A stretch of DNA of 64,000 nucleotides, from contig OZ024740.1 in NCBI GenBank assembly GCA_964016885.1, positions 144,646,001-144,710,000 on the forward strand, read 5' to 3'. Every line of letters begins with the position of its first letter. The stretch's first letter is position 1. The notes beneath the pieces were generated by a model. That model saw only the letters and a list, made by a program, of their open reading frames with translations, was not told the origin of the DNA and made no database searches. The translations under genes were made by a program, and so were the position numbers. Source of the stretch: Eledone cirrhosa. Lineage: Eukaryota. This document shows positions 52,320 to 64,000 of this stretch, in pieces.

Positions 52320-53755
52320 ACACCACACCACACTAACCTACACTACACCAAACCAGATTATACCATACCTTGGTAAATTTATGATAGGTTTCCACTACAC
52401 CAAACTAAACCATACCAAACTACACCAAACCAAACCACACCATAACAAACTACACCATACTACATCACACCATGCTATTGAACTCAGTGTGAACATTTTT
52501 CTTCCTGCTTTTTTTGTCTTTTTTTTTGCCATACTTCACTATATGGTAAATTTATTACAGAACACCTACTCCTACCATTTACATAACACCATGGTATGGA
52601 CATCAATGTGACAAATTTGCTACCTGCTTTTTTTTTCTGGTTACCACCTCAAACTGACATCAAAGGTGCTTGCAAATGACTATTTTCCCACACATTATCA
52701 ATGAATATGACATGGGAATCTATCGTTTACAATTGGTTTCCATTTCATAACTTCACCAAACCAAACCAAACCACACCATACCAAATTACACCATACTACA
52801 TCACACCAAGCTATTGATCTTGGTGTGAAACATTTTCTTCCCGTTACCTTTTTTTTTTTTTGTGTGTGTGCTTACCACCCAATCTGACATTAAAGGTGCT
52901 CCCAATTGACTATTTTTTTTCCACTTATCAATAATTATGACATGGAAACCTGTCGAAAATGACTATCTTTGTAGAAACTACACCAAACCACACCATACTA
53001 CATCACACCAAAATATTGATTTTGGTGTGACCAATTTTCATCTGGCATTTTTTTTTTTTTTTTTTTTGTGCTTGTGCTTACCACCCAATTTGACATAAAA
53101 GGTGCTCGCAAATTACTATTTTATGCACATATTATCAATGGTTATGACATGGAAACCTGATGAAAATGACTAGCTTTGTAGAAAAAAAGAGCGAGGATGT
53201 GGGTGGAAATACCATTTACAAAGCTAGCCATTTTTTATTGCAGCGGAAGTCATATTTTTTGTTAATATGTTAAAGCATAATCCACTGCGAGCTTCTTGGA
53301 AGTTGATAGCACATGCAAAAATAAAGGAAAAATTTTTTTCTAACATAAATCAAAGTGGAAATTTAAATCCTCACTTATAACAAAGCACACCACAGCACAT
53401 TAATCTATCCCAATCCACACCATAACCATACTTCACCATATGGTAAATTTATTACAGAACCCCTACTCCTACCATTTACATCACACCAATGCTTGCAGTT
53501 GACTATTTTTTTCACATATTATGAATGAATATAACTTTGAAACCTATCGTCAATGATTAGCTTTGTAGAAAAATGAAGGCAGAAAGTGGTTGGAAAAACC
53601 ATTCACAAAGCTAGTTATTTTTAATTGTAGTGGAAATCATATTTGTTGTTAATATGCTAAAAAAATAGTCAAATAGTCAATTGCAAGCATTTTGGAGGTC
53701 GGATTAGTGGATAGGACATAAAAAAACAAAGCAAAACAAATATTGTCTATATGTT
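52320..53755. repeat. Diverged ~200-bp modules with hairpins, related to the foldback arms
   Basis: tcacaccaag..cttggtgtga hairpins; ttatcaat.aatatgac motifs; ctagctttgta..tacaaagctag stems. Confidence 0.7.
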
Positions 53756-54261
53756 CCTGTGGAAAGTCGGGTCTTCTGTATTACTGTGTGACACCAGAGG
53801 TCATGGTCGTGTGTCATTGCCCTTGAGAGGTGCAATTGGGAAAGGTCGGCTTAGAAATATTTACTTCTGCGTTCACAGATTGACTTTTTTTAGTTTCAGA
53901 AGATCCCATTAAGGGTGAAAGCAGCCGATTCTTTGCTTAAACTTTAATCTGTTATATTAACAAATATTTGCTCTACGGTTCTTATATATTTGATATATAT
54001 TTCTCCTTATCGAGTGCTCTTTGGATGTTAGTCTTCAAATTCATTATTATTACTATTTGGCTCCCTTGATTGAGTACTCTATTTACTTATATTCATCATG
54101 CAGAAACATCTGAATATTTCTACAAAGAACATACCTGTACCAAGCGGGAAGAAATACCTAAAACTACATCTCCACGAACTGCTCTACGGTTCTTATATAA
54201 TTGATATATATTTATCCCTATCAAGCCCTCTTTGGATTTTAGTCTTCATATGTATTATTAT

Positions 54262-54298
<37 letters not shown>

Positions 54299-54384
54299 TG
54301 TGTGTGTATATGTTAGATTATATATGTGTGTGTGTATATATTAGTTTATATATATGTGTGTATATATATATATATATACATATT

Positions 54385-54750
54385 GAGAGCATTGGCCTTG
54401 CAATCGAAAGGTTGTGAGTTCAATTCTCACACCGGGTGATGTGTTGTTTCCTTGAGCAAGACACTTTATTTCACATTGCTCCAGTTTACTCAGCTGTAGA
54501 AATGAGATGATAGGACTGGGGTCCCTATCATTCCACTGCAAAGTGGTCGTGGAGGTGCCACAGCAAAAAAGCACCCAGCCCACACTGTAAAGTGGATGTG
54601 GAGGTGCCACGGGAAAAAAGCACCCAGCACTCACTGTAAATGAGGTTGGTGTTAGGAAGGGCATCCAGCTGTAGAAATCAAGCCAGAATCAGTTCCTGTC
54701 CCACCCTTGCAAGCATGGAAAAAGTGGACGTAAAATGAAATGATGATGAA
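54385..54750 (+). mobile_element. tRNA-derived SINE with RTE-PHD-type 3' tail
   Basis: B-box gagttcaattc, ccttgagcaagacac core, gttggtgttaggaagggcatccagctgtagaaa and (GAT)n tail shared with the LINE 3' UTR. Confidence 0.82.
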
Positions 54751-54751
54751 T

Positions 54752-55082
54752 GCTCCCAGCTGTGGTCACCCCATAGTATCAAACTAACGATGGAGCTTGA
54801 AGCAATCCAATGAAGCTACACCAAGAAGGTTGCCACGATGAAGGAGATAAACTACTGGGAGAGTCTAAAAGAACTGAAACTCTACTCCTCGGAATGAAGA
54901 TGGGAGAGATATGTAATGATATACATATGGAAAATCCTGCGGGGACTAAGACCAAACTTTCGCATTGAGAGCTGGACCAATTCTCGAACAGGACGTCACT
55001 GTGTGGTACCAAAGGTCACGTCTTCCACATCTAGAATCAGGAGCAGCTATTGCAATAGCCTGGGGTTCAAAGGCCCTCAACT
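54752..55082 (+). mobile_element. CR1-clade LINE fragment
   Basis: SQLWSPH..LEAIQ..YWESLKELKLYS..IYIWKIL; inverted relative of 57670-58312. Confidence 0.8.
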
Positions 55083-55154
55083 TGGTTTTCAAAATTTAAA
55101 TTTGTGTTTCCTATTCATCAATGCTTCAAGCAAGCTATAAAACTCTGTTATATT

Positions 55155-55537
55155 TCATCATCATCATTTTATGTCAGTTCTTCTACGCTAGCATGGGTTG
55201 TCCTGTTGTGGGCAGTGTCCGGTCGGCTGACCTTGTCTTGCTCATATGGAAACTGATTCTGTCTTGATTTCTACAGCTGGATGCCCTTCCTAACACCAAC
55301 CTCATTTACAGTGAGTGCTGGGTGTTTTTTTTTTTTGCCGTGGCACCTCCATGACCACTTTGCAGTGGAATGATAGGGACCCCAGTCCTATCATCTCATT
55401 TCTACAGCTGAGTAAACTGGAGCAATGTGAAATAAAGTGTCTTGCTCAAGGAAACAACACATCACCCGGTCCGTGAATTAAACTCACAACCTTTCAATTG
55501 CAAGCCCAATGCTCTAACCACTGAGCCATGTACCTTC
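55155..55537 (-). mobile_element. SINE with RTE tail, inverted copy of 54385-54750
   Basis: Reverse-complement similarity; A-box tggctcagtgg. Confidence 0.82.
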
Positions 55538-55544
55538 TATTGTT

Positions 55545-56232
55545 GGCAATGTTAGGTCACGTGACCATGTCTTGCTCATAAAGAACTGATTTTGGCTTGG
55601 TTTCTACAGCTGGATACCCTTCCTAATGCCAAGCTCATTTACAGTGAGTACTGAGTGTTTTTTGTTGTGATTCCTCCACGACTACTTTACAGTGTGGACT
55701 GGGTGTTTTTTACCGTGTCACCATCACGACCACTTTACAGTGTTTCGGCCTGTTCTCATGAAAGATATATTGGCGGGTGGGATGGAGTGGTGCATACTGT
55801 ATGTATATATCAGCCTTGGCCTGGGCCCGTGGGAAGTTGGGGTTTCTGTATTACCTCATAATGCCAGAGATCTTGGTCCTGTGTCATTGCCTTTCAGAGG
55901 TGCAATTGGGCAAGGTCGGCTTTTATCACTTCATCTCAAGTCTTTCTGGGACTTTATGTAGCTGTCATCCTTCATACGAATCACATGTCCATACCAACAT
56001 AATCTCCTCTCCTGCACACAATATTTGATTCCTCTTATGCCTAGTTTCTCTTTCAGTTTGTTTATGCTTTACTGTTCGCGTATATTACTATTACACATCC
56101 ATCGGAGCATACAAGCTCATTCCTTTCTAATCTACGCAAGTCTTCTACACACAGCGCCCAGCTCTCACTACCAAGCAACATTGCCGTTCATATGCACACA
56201 TAATACAGTCTACCTTTTATTCTGAGGGAAAA
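55545..56232 (-). mobile_element. Decayed RTE-PHD 3' fragment
   Basis: Matches family C-terminus and 3' UTR. Confidence 0.8.
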
Positions 56233-56285
56233 GCACACACACACACACACACATATATATATACACACACTCACATATATATATA

Positions 56286-57262
56286 TACTAGCCGAATTAC
56301 CAGCGCCTTGCTGCGTTTCACTCATTTCTTTTGTAAGAAAATGATGATTGATTTTAAATCAGTGATATAATTTATGGAGAAAAACTAAAATATAATGCAT
56401 GAAAAATTGGAAAACATCATTTTTTGTAATATATCAAATCAAAATTGCATTATTAAATCTTATTCTTATTTTGTTTCTTGTAAATAATTTTTTTCAAAAT
56501 ATCAATTGAAAACTTTTGTGAATAGGCATCATATCTTGTCATTTACCTATGATTTAAGTTTCATATAAATCGAAAGGGAAAAGTTTTCAGCGGGGTTTTG
56601 TACCCCCGGGAACCCTAATAGGGGGTTTAACCACCATTAAGGTGTCTTATAGTATTGAAATTTTGTGAATAGGCATCATATCTCTTCATTTATCTATGGT
56701 TTAAATTGCATATAAATCGAACCGAAAAAATTTTCAGCGGGGATTTTGTGCCCCCTGGTGAACCCTAATAGGGGGTTTAACCCCCATTAGGGTATTGTAA
56801 TTTTATTGAAATTTGCTGAAATGATGTGAATAGGCATCATATCTTGTCGTTTACCTATGGTTTAAATTGCATATAAATCGAAGGGAAAACATTTTCAGCA
56901 GGGGTCTGTGCCCCCTGGTGAACCCTAATAGGGGGTTTAACTCCCATTAGGGTATTTTAATTTTATTGAAATTTGCTGAAATTTTGTGAATAGGCATCAT
57001 ATCTTGTCATTTACCTATGGTTTAAATTTCATATAAATCGAAGGTAAAGTTTCAGCGGCGGTTTTGTGCCCCCGATGAACCCTTTGATTAAAATGAAATA
57101 TACTTATACAAGTACCCTGGGCAATGTAGTTTCAGAATATATATGTTTATGGGGGTCTATCTCCAAAACCATAGGAGTTCGTAAAATCTTGTTCCATTTA
57201 TTGGCCAAACTTTTCACTATAGGGCGTTTAACCCCCATTAGGGTGTCTTAATATTATTGAAA
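56286..57262 (+). mobile_element. Helentron/DINE-like element with internal ~150-160-bp tandem repeats
   Basis: Start ACTAGCCGAATTACCAGCGCCTTGCTGCG; units tgtgaataggcatcatatct..cctaatagggggtttaa from ~56517, 56664, 56826, 56985. Confidence 0.7.
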
Positions 57263-57266
57263 TTTG

Positions 57267-57300
<34 letters not shown>

Positions 57301-57669
57301 CACAAACACACACACACATATATATATATACACAAACACACACACATATATATATATACACAAACACACACACATATATATATATATATACACAAACACA
57401 CACACATATTTATATCTTTTAGCAGAGCATTTTAATATTGCCACTCACTGAAAACCCTTTGCTTGTTTGGAATAAATGAATCTTGAAAATTAGGAGTGCC
57501 TGTCAGTGTGTGTGTTTGTCTACTTAGCATCAATTTACTACCCTCCCCTACCACCAGAAAATGTATAAATACCACGATATTACATTGACAGTCGGCTTTT
57601 CTGATGATTTCCTCCGAATGAAACAGTTCTAGTCCTGTTGAAGCCATTTCTATATTAAATATATATATA

Positions 57670-58312
57670 TACTCTTTTAGCTGTTCCAGCCATCTGGCTG
57701 AGACCATGATTGGGCACTGCCCTTGTTGCTACACATTCTATCTCCAGCCTGTGTTGGCTGGCCATTGATGTAAGAGGGGGTTCGTTGCTGCTGCCCTTAG
57801 TTTACCTTCGTACTGTGATGTGGGCTCATCCTGGATAACAGGGTGTCGAGAAGTTTCTTGAAAATATCCACGGCCACACCATGTAGATCTCTCAAATCCC
57901 TCGGCAGTTTGTTGAAGAGTTGAGGGCCTTTGAACCCCAGTTATTACAATATCTGCTTCTTGTTCTAGATGTGGAAGACGGGACCTTTGTCACCACACAG
58001 TGACGTCCTGTTCGGGGGTTGGTCCCGCTCTCAATACCAAAGTTTGGCGCTAGTCCTTCCAGGATTTTCCATATGTATATCTCTGCGTATCTCTCCCGTC
58101 TTCGTTCCAAGGAGTAGAGTTTCAGTTCTTTTAGCCTCTCCCAGTAGCTCATCTCCTTCATCGTGCAATCCTCTTGGTGTAGCTTCGTTGGATTGTCTCA
58201 AGTTCCGTGGTTAGTTTGATACTATGGGGTGACCACAGCTGGGAGCAATAGTCCAGGCGGCTTAGGACAAATGGCCTTCATAGTATCAACATGGTCTCCC
58301 GGTCTCTTATAT
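57670..58312 (-). mobile_element. CR1-clade LINE 3' fragment
   Basis: MSYWERLKELKLYSLERRRERY..YIWKILEGLAPN. Confidence 0.85.
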
Positions 58313-58489
58313 AGAAAACCTCAAATAAAAAGTCAAGATTTGTTTCGATTTAACAGAGCAGAAAGAATTCGCGTCAGAATATTCCAACCAATCCAGCCTA
58401 TATCAGCTGAATAAATATGTATATGGAGATATATATATATACACACCCACATGCACATATATATACACACACACGCACGCGCACACACA

Positions 58490-58850
58490 CATACATACAT
58501 GATGGCTGCCCCCTCGTTATCGAGTATGGCCATTGCACGATATACCATTATTAATAATTATTAATTAATTCTATCGTGCAATGCCTGTGCATGAAGATAT
58601 TTTTTTTAATGAGGAAGACTGTGCACTGAGCCAATCCCACTCTCTGAGCGACAGTAGCTATAACCCGAAAAGAAGAAAATATCAACATCATCGGTAACTA
58701 CTGAGCCGCAGGTTTTATATCGGAGTTATCCCAGTTTCCTGAGTTGCCTTCTTCTAGAAGAATGCCCTGACAAAGGCTAGGGGTCCTTCACTCCCAGTGG
58801 TTTAACCGCGCGATCAGGTGTCCAGCCCAATTATTTCTATGTCCCCGCGC
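58490..58850 (-). mobile_element. Non-autonomous RTE derivative (5' UTR-like region joined to 3' end)
   Basis: Minus: gggcattcttctagaagaaggcaactc..tataaaacc, then gcaatggccatactcgataacgaggggg.cagccatc(atgt)n. Confidence 0.5.
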
Positions 58851-58929
58851 ATGTACATACACATGCACCCATGTATATACACATATACATATACATACAT
58901 ATGTACATGTGTATATACATATTTACACA

Positions 58930-59125
58930 CTTTTGGATGGCCGTTGACTCTTATGAGATCTTCCGCCCTTTGTCAGGTTTTGTTTTTTGTCCTGCAGGGT
59001 GTCCAAAATCCCCCTCCTCACCAAGTAAACTTGGTGGGGTTGCCGGTTTAGTCGCCGACGACCCGACCATGCGACAGGTTGTACTGGGTTAAATGTTACC
59101 AATAGCAGTCAAGAGTGACCCGACA
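58930..59125 (-). mobile_element. Short interspersed repeat; related pieces at ~2615-2760
   Basis: Shared acccagtacaacctgt.gcatggtcggg..ggacac.ctgcagga and gagtcaacggccatccaa. Confidence 0.6.
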
Positions 59126-59126
59126 T

Positions 59127-61560
59127 ATATCCATACATACATACTACATAATGCTGCAAACTCGTGTTCAAGTATTGCCATCGCCCGATAAAATGTTCAC
59201 AAATGTGACTCTTTAAACCAGCCAAACTTTAGGCTCCCCCGAAACCTTCCATTGCTTTGTTCTGGCTGTATGTTCACATGTATCTTTTAAGACCTCCCAT
59301 GCTTGTACATTTCTTACACCTTTTCAGATCATGATCTACATGAGGTCTACTGATATGACTTTGTTCATGTCTAATCAAACCAGCTTTGCTCAGGCTGACT
59401 CGACCACAGTGCTGGCAAACCAGATGATGTTCAACAGCAGGCAGTTCAGAACAGTCTCAATCCTCACCTTCCTTTTCAGTGTTAGGTGTTCTCTCCGACA
59501 AGTTTCAAAGTGTTCACCACCTGACTTGATCAAACGTCTCCACTTCACACAATCGTCAGCCATTTTCTCCCATTCGTCAGATGAAATTCCAGCACAAGCC
59601 AAGTTGCCCCTGATACAGTCCCGGTACCGCCTTTTTGGTTTATGTGGTGGTCTCCTTCCTTCACACAGTTCTCCATAGAGAAGTTGTTTTGGAATACGAT
59701 CATTAGATATCCGGACCACGTGACTGCACCACCTCAACCGATACCGAAAGATTATGCTCTCTATAGTCATGCACCTGCTCCGTTCTAGAACTTCCAAATC
59801 ACTGGCGAACATTTTCCACCACACCCCAAGTAACTTATGAAGAGATTGTTGGTGAAATCTCTCCAGATCCTTGAGGTGCTTTCTGTATGTGACCCATGTT
59901 TCACAAACATAAAGTAAAGAGGAGACGACACAAGTCAGATACACTTTCACCTTGGTTTTGATAGTGATACCTCGTCTGGACCATAAACGTTGATGCAGCC
60001 GTCCAAAAGCATCACTGGCTTTCTTGATTCTTAAGGATATTTCATTATCATGTGTGCATGAAGTGTTCAACGTACTACCAAGGTAAACAAACTTGTCAGC
60101 AACTTTTAGCCTCTTTCCGTACACGTACACACTTGGTGCAGTGTACTCGTTTCCAGGTACTGGCTGATACATCTCGACAGTCTTTTCCAAGCTTATTGTG
60201 ACGCCCTAAGTGCTGCAAGCTGCAGAAAAAGAGTTCATAATATGCTGCATGTCACTTTGTGAGTATGCAAAAAGATCGCAGTCATCTGCATACAAAAACT
60301 CACGGATTATAGATGTTAAAACCTTTGTGCTTGTACCAAAGCGCCTGGTGTTGAACAACCTTCCTGAAGTGCGATACCTGATGTAAACCCCATGAGAACA
60401 ATATTTGAATGCCATGAGAAACACTATCGTAAAATATAAGGAAAACAGAGTTGGAGCCGGAATGTCCTTCTGCTTCACTCCATTTTCAACTGATATTGGT
60501 TCAGAGATGCTACCACCAATACTGACCAAAGCCTTCATGGAAAAGATGCAGAATCTTCTACCCTACCTTGGATTTTTTTTCCACAACGCAGTTCGATTGA
60601 CAGTGTCAAGTCAACAAAGACCTGGTAAAGGTCCATACATTGTTCGATACACTTTTCTTGCAGCTGCCGAGCAGAAACGATCATATCCACTGTTCCTCTT
60701 TCGTTTCTGAACCCACACTGCTACTCAGGCAACACATTCAGAGCAACTCTTGGGATCAATCTATCGATCAATATTCGACACGACTTTACCAACTACTGAA
60801 AGAAGGGATATGACATGATAATTGCCACATTTGTCCTTGCCGTCCTTTCCTTTATGGAGAATCACCATGAGCGCATCCCTCTTGTGGGACATTCTCATCT
60901 TCCCACACCATTTTCATGAGGTCAGTCAGGCGCTGCGTGAAGTTTTCACCACCACACTTCAAAACCGCTCCACTCAGACCATCCATGCCAGGAGACTTAC
61001 CACAGTTCAGCTTATGCACAACAGAAGTCCCCTCTGCAAGAGAAGATACATTAGCCATCTCATATGCTTCACTGGTTCAATAGGAATGGAACAAATGAAA
61101 TCATCATCAACCTGGTTTAAGAGCTCATCAAAGTGATCTCTCTATCTGCCGAGTGTCTTTTGGGTCACGCAGTAATTGCTTGCCATCTTTCGATCTCAAA
61201 GGAGCCACTGGAGAGCTGAAAGGGCCATACACCTCTGTGAGTAGAAAGTGCGGCAGTTTCACATTGTTGCCGTCAGATGCCACTTGAACTTCATCTGCTT
61301 TGTTGCTCCACCAGGTATTTTGCATAGCCCTGAGTTTCACCTACACTTCCTTCTTTACCTGTCTGTAACGCTCATAATTGTCACCAACAGAGCTACCACC
61401 TTTAAGAACTGCATCAAGTGCCTTTTGTTTTCTGTCTAGCAGAGCCTTGACCTCCTGGTCATTCTCACCAAACCAGTCCTTGTTTTCTTGTGACAAAGCC
61501 AAGGACCTCTGCTGAAGCCTCATAGACCGAGCTCCTGAAGTCCTTCCAGTTGTTCTCATA
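59127..61560 (-). mobile_element. RTE-1/BovB-like LINE, decayed, with C-terminal C2H2 zinc fingers
   Basis: NGVKQ..APTLF, FLYADD, FVYLGSTL, LRWCSHVVR..RIPKQLLYGEL, CQHCGRVSLSKAGLIRHEQSH. Confidence 0.9.
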
Positions 61561-62284
61561 CACGCATACATACTTACATATATACATGTATACATACATG
61601 CATACATCCATCCATACATACATGTATACACACATACATACATCCATCCATACGTGTATACATACATACATACAATGGTTAAAGTGTTTGATTGACGACC
61701 ATAAGTTCATGGGTTCATATTTGGGACCGGGTAGTTATTGAATCAACCTGATATCAATGTTTATTATACAGCACACTTCCTCTTTGGTATAATATGACAC
61801 ATAGTAATATCTAACATAGTACCCATCTAATCTGTTATATGATTTACCTTTCCTCTGTGAAGGCACATGCCTTAGGGGTTACGGTACTGGACTAACCATT
61901 ATAAAGTCATGGGCTCGTTTCTTCGATCCTGCAGCATGTTGCGTCCTTCAGTAAAATACTTTAGTTCGTGTAGCATCTTCTACCAGGACTTGCGGCAGAC
62001 GGATAATATCAGTAATGGAAAAAAACTTGTTTCATTAGTATGACCTGGAAATCAGTTCCACTCTATTTATCTTCTTTATTAAAGGCAATCAACTTATTTT
62101 TTATTTTATTCTTTTTCTTATTTTTCCCTGTTTGTTAAATAAATTCCAAAATATCGAAATTTTGTAATAAAATTTCCATAAAAGTTAATGTTTACAATAC
62201 AATAAAATGTAATAAAATGTATTGAAGTCGACGAAATGTGGACCTTCATTTTTGAAAGATGGATAATGCTATAAGCAGACCTTA

Positions 62285-62522
62285 CAATATTGTACCACAA
62301 TTTTCCTTTGTGCAAAAGTGGGCAGCCGAATTTAGGAAAGGATAGGGGATTCTTGAAGATGACCCAATGTCTGGACGTCCTACAACTGCCACTACCGAAG
62401 AAAACATTGATCTCAGTACTGCAACACCGATGGAAGAAGTGTGTGGAACGCAAGGGAGACTATGTTGAAAAATAAACCTCATTTGGTCACATTCCATGAG
62501 AGTATCTTTGTCAACCCTCGTA
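62285..62522 (+). mobile_element. Internally deleted mariner transposon remnant
   Basis: VQKWAAEF..LEDDPMSGRPTT joined to LQHRWKKCVERKGDYVEK*; terminal CCCTCGTA. Confidence 0.85.
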
Positions 62523-62557
62523 TCTATGCGCAATATACGTAAAGATACAGAATTACG

Positions 62558-62907
62558 GGCACTACAACGCTATTAGCTGTCATATTTGTTGGTGAAAAAA
62601 ATTTGATTATAAAACTTAAATTTATGAATGACTTGTTTTCTACATTGATAACCATGACTTGTTTTCTAATTTGGCCCTTTTAAGGGCCACCTATATTTTC
62701 ATTTAAGTAACTCCACTTACATCGATATGCTTTATAACCAAGACTTGTTTTCTAATTTGGCCCTTTTAAGTCTTCCCCCTCTCTCTCTAAAAAAAAACGC
62801 GTGAAAACTCCACTTACGCGTGGTAGTAATACGGAAATAAACGATGTTGACGAGTGACGTCACCGCCTGTTTTCCACTGGACTGACAGCTAATAGCCTTG
62901 TAGTGCC
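62558..62907 (+). mobile_element. Complete 350-bp MITE with 25-bp TIRs carrying a histone-type stem-loop
   Basis: GGCACTACAACGCTATTAGCTGTCA (62558-62582) / TGACAGCTAATAGCCTTGTAGTGCC (62883-62907), 24/25; no clear TSD. Confidence 0.88.
62673..62691 (+). terminator. Replication-dependent-histone-type 3' stem-loop motif (also 40645-40663, minus)
   Basis: GGCCCT-TTTA-AGGGCC-ACC: 6-bp stem, 4-nt U-rich loop, ACC flank. Confidence 0.6.
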
Positions 62908-64000
62908 ATATTTTCATTCTAAAAGAATTGCAAACAATTTGTAATGTTATTTATACAACTGTAAATAAACAAACTTAAAGACTCGAGAGAAATTATGATA
63001 AAAAAACAAAAAAAAACTCATTATAATGCAAAATAACGTTGGTATATCATTTAATATGTTAAAATCGTTATTTCTTTTTATGTTATTAAATGATTTAAAA
63101 ATATTAAACAATATCTATTGAATATATGTTAAAAAGTATATTGACTGGATGGTCAATATACGCCTTTGTGCTTTTGTTGTTTTTTTTCTATTATGATGGA
63201 TTATTGAAACATAAAAACTTAACAAATATGTTTTTGTAGCAGCACTTATACATATATAACAGTTTATAAACTGAAATATATTTCCTTGTTTCGCCATTTC
63301 CATTTCAAATTTACATATTACTTTAGAATCATTTTGACGTGTTCATAAATTAGGAATTAACTTTAATCAGTGCCTAACTAAACGCATTTTAAAAATGCTC
63401 ATAATTGTTAATATGAAGTCATCAGAAAATAAAATCAATAGTGCTAGTAATAAAATATTGTTTTTATTTTCATTTAGACAGATATCCATGTTATAAATTG
63501 ATACTATCTACATACGGTGTCAACGCAATTTTGTTTCATAAAATTACTAAAATTTGGTTACAAAACATGGAATGGATTACTTTAAACTTTTTTCTTTTAC
63601 TTTGTGAAATTTTAAAATGCTGAGTTTAAGATTCTGTTTTTTTTTTAAATCAATGCAAAAAAGCTTTAAGTTTTTAATTTAAAAATTGCCAAATTCTGAA
63701 TGTCTGATCTTCAAAACATACAAATTTGAAGACCGTTTTAACTGGAATCTATATGGTGAGGATAAAACAATATAGTTTCAAAAAAAAAGCATCACAAAAA
63801 AGTTAGAGACGTTTTTTTTTAATCCATGCTTATACGATCAATTCTTTGTGACAACACCACCATGTCTGCATCGCCATACAAAATTAATAGTAAAATTGAA
63901 TATAAACTTATTTATATTCAAATATATTTTCGGGGAAAAACTTGATCGTGTAATTTATGTTGGCTCTCATAGTAGGTATACTTTTAAGACCTACACCGGT

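Overview
AT-rich, repeat-dominated animal genomic DNA, most likely a coleoid cephalopod such as Octopus. That assignment is an inference from the RTE LINEs with (GAT)n tails, the tRNA-derived SINEs and the dense TA/CA microsatellites. The one clear host coding feature is the first coding exon of a KCTD-type BTB/POZ (T1 domain) gene on the minus strand (9180-9355); the ORF track reads it in the wrong frame. Two promoter/first-exon-like regions lie near 10.4 kb and 42.2 kb. The rest is mostly transposons. There are more than ten copies or fragments of an RTE LINE whose reverse transcriptase carries an in-frame PHD finger. There are also RTE/BovB-like, REX3-like, CR1, CRE, R4/Dong-like and Penelope-like fragments, SINEs, Helentron-like elements, a mariner remnant and several MITEs. 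Strongest leads: (i) a MITE family with an exact replication-dependent-histone-type 3' stem-loop in both copies; (ii) a 560-bp near-perfect palindrome whose arms each hold a U3-A8 variant hammerhead-ribozyme motif, plus three other hammerhead-like motifs; (iii) the PHD-in-RT LINE; (iv) a ~9-kb modular foldback region with telomere-like hexamer arrays grading into Asp/Asn-Ala codons and a small spliced acidic mini-gene. Everything was read by eye, so boundaries of decayed repeats are approximate.
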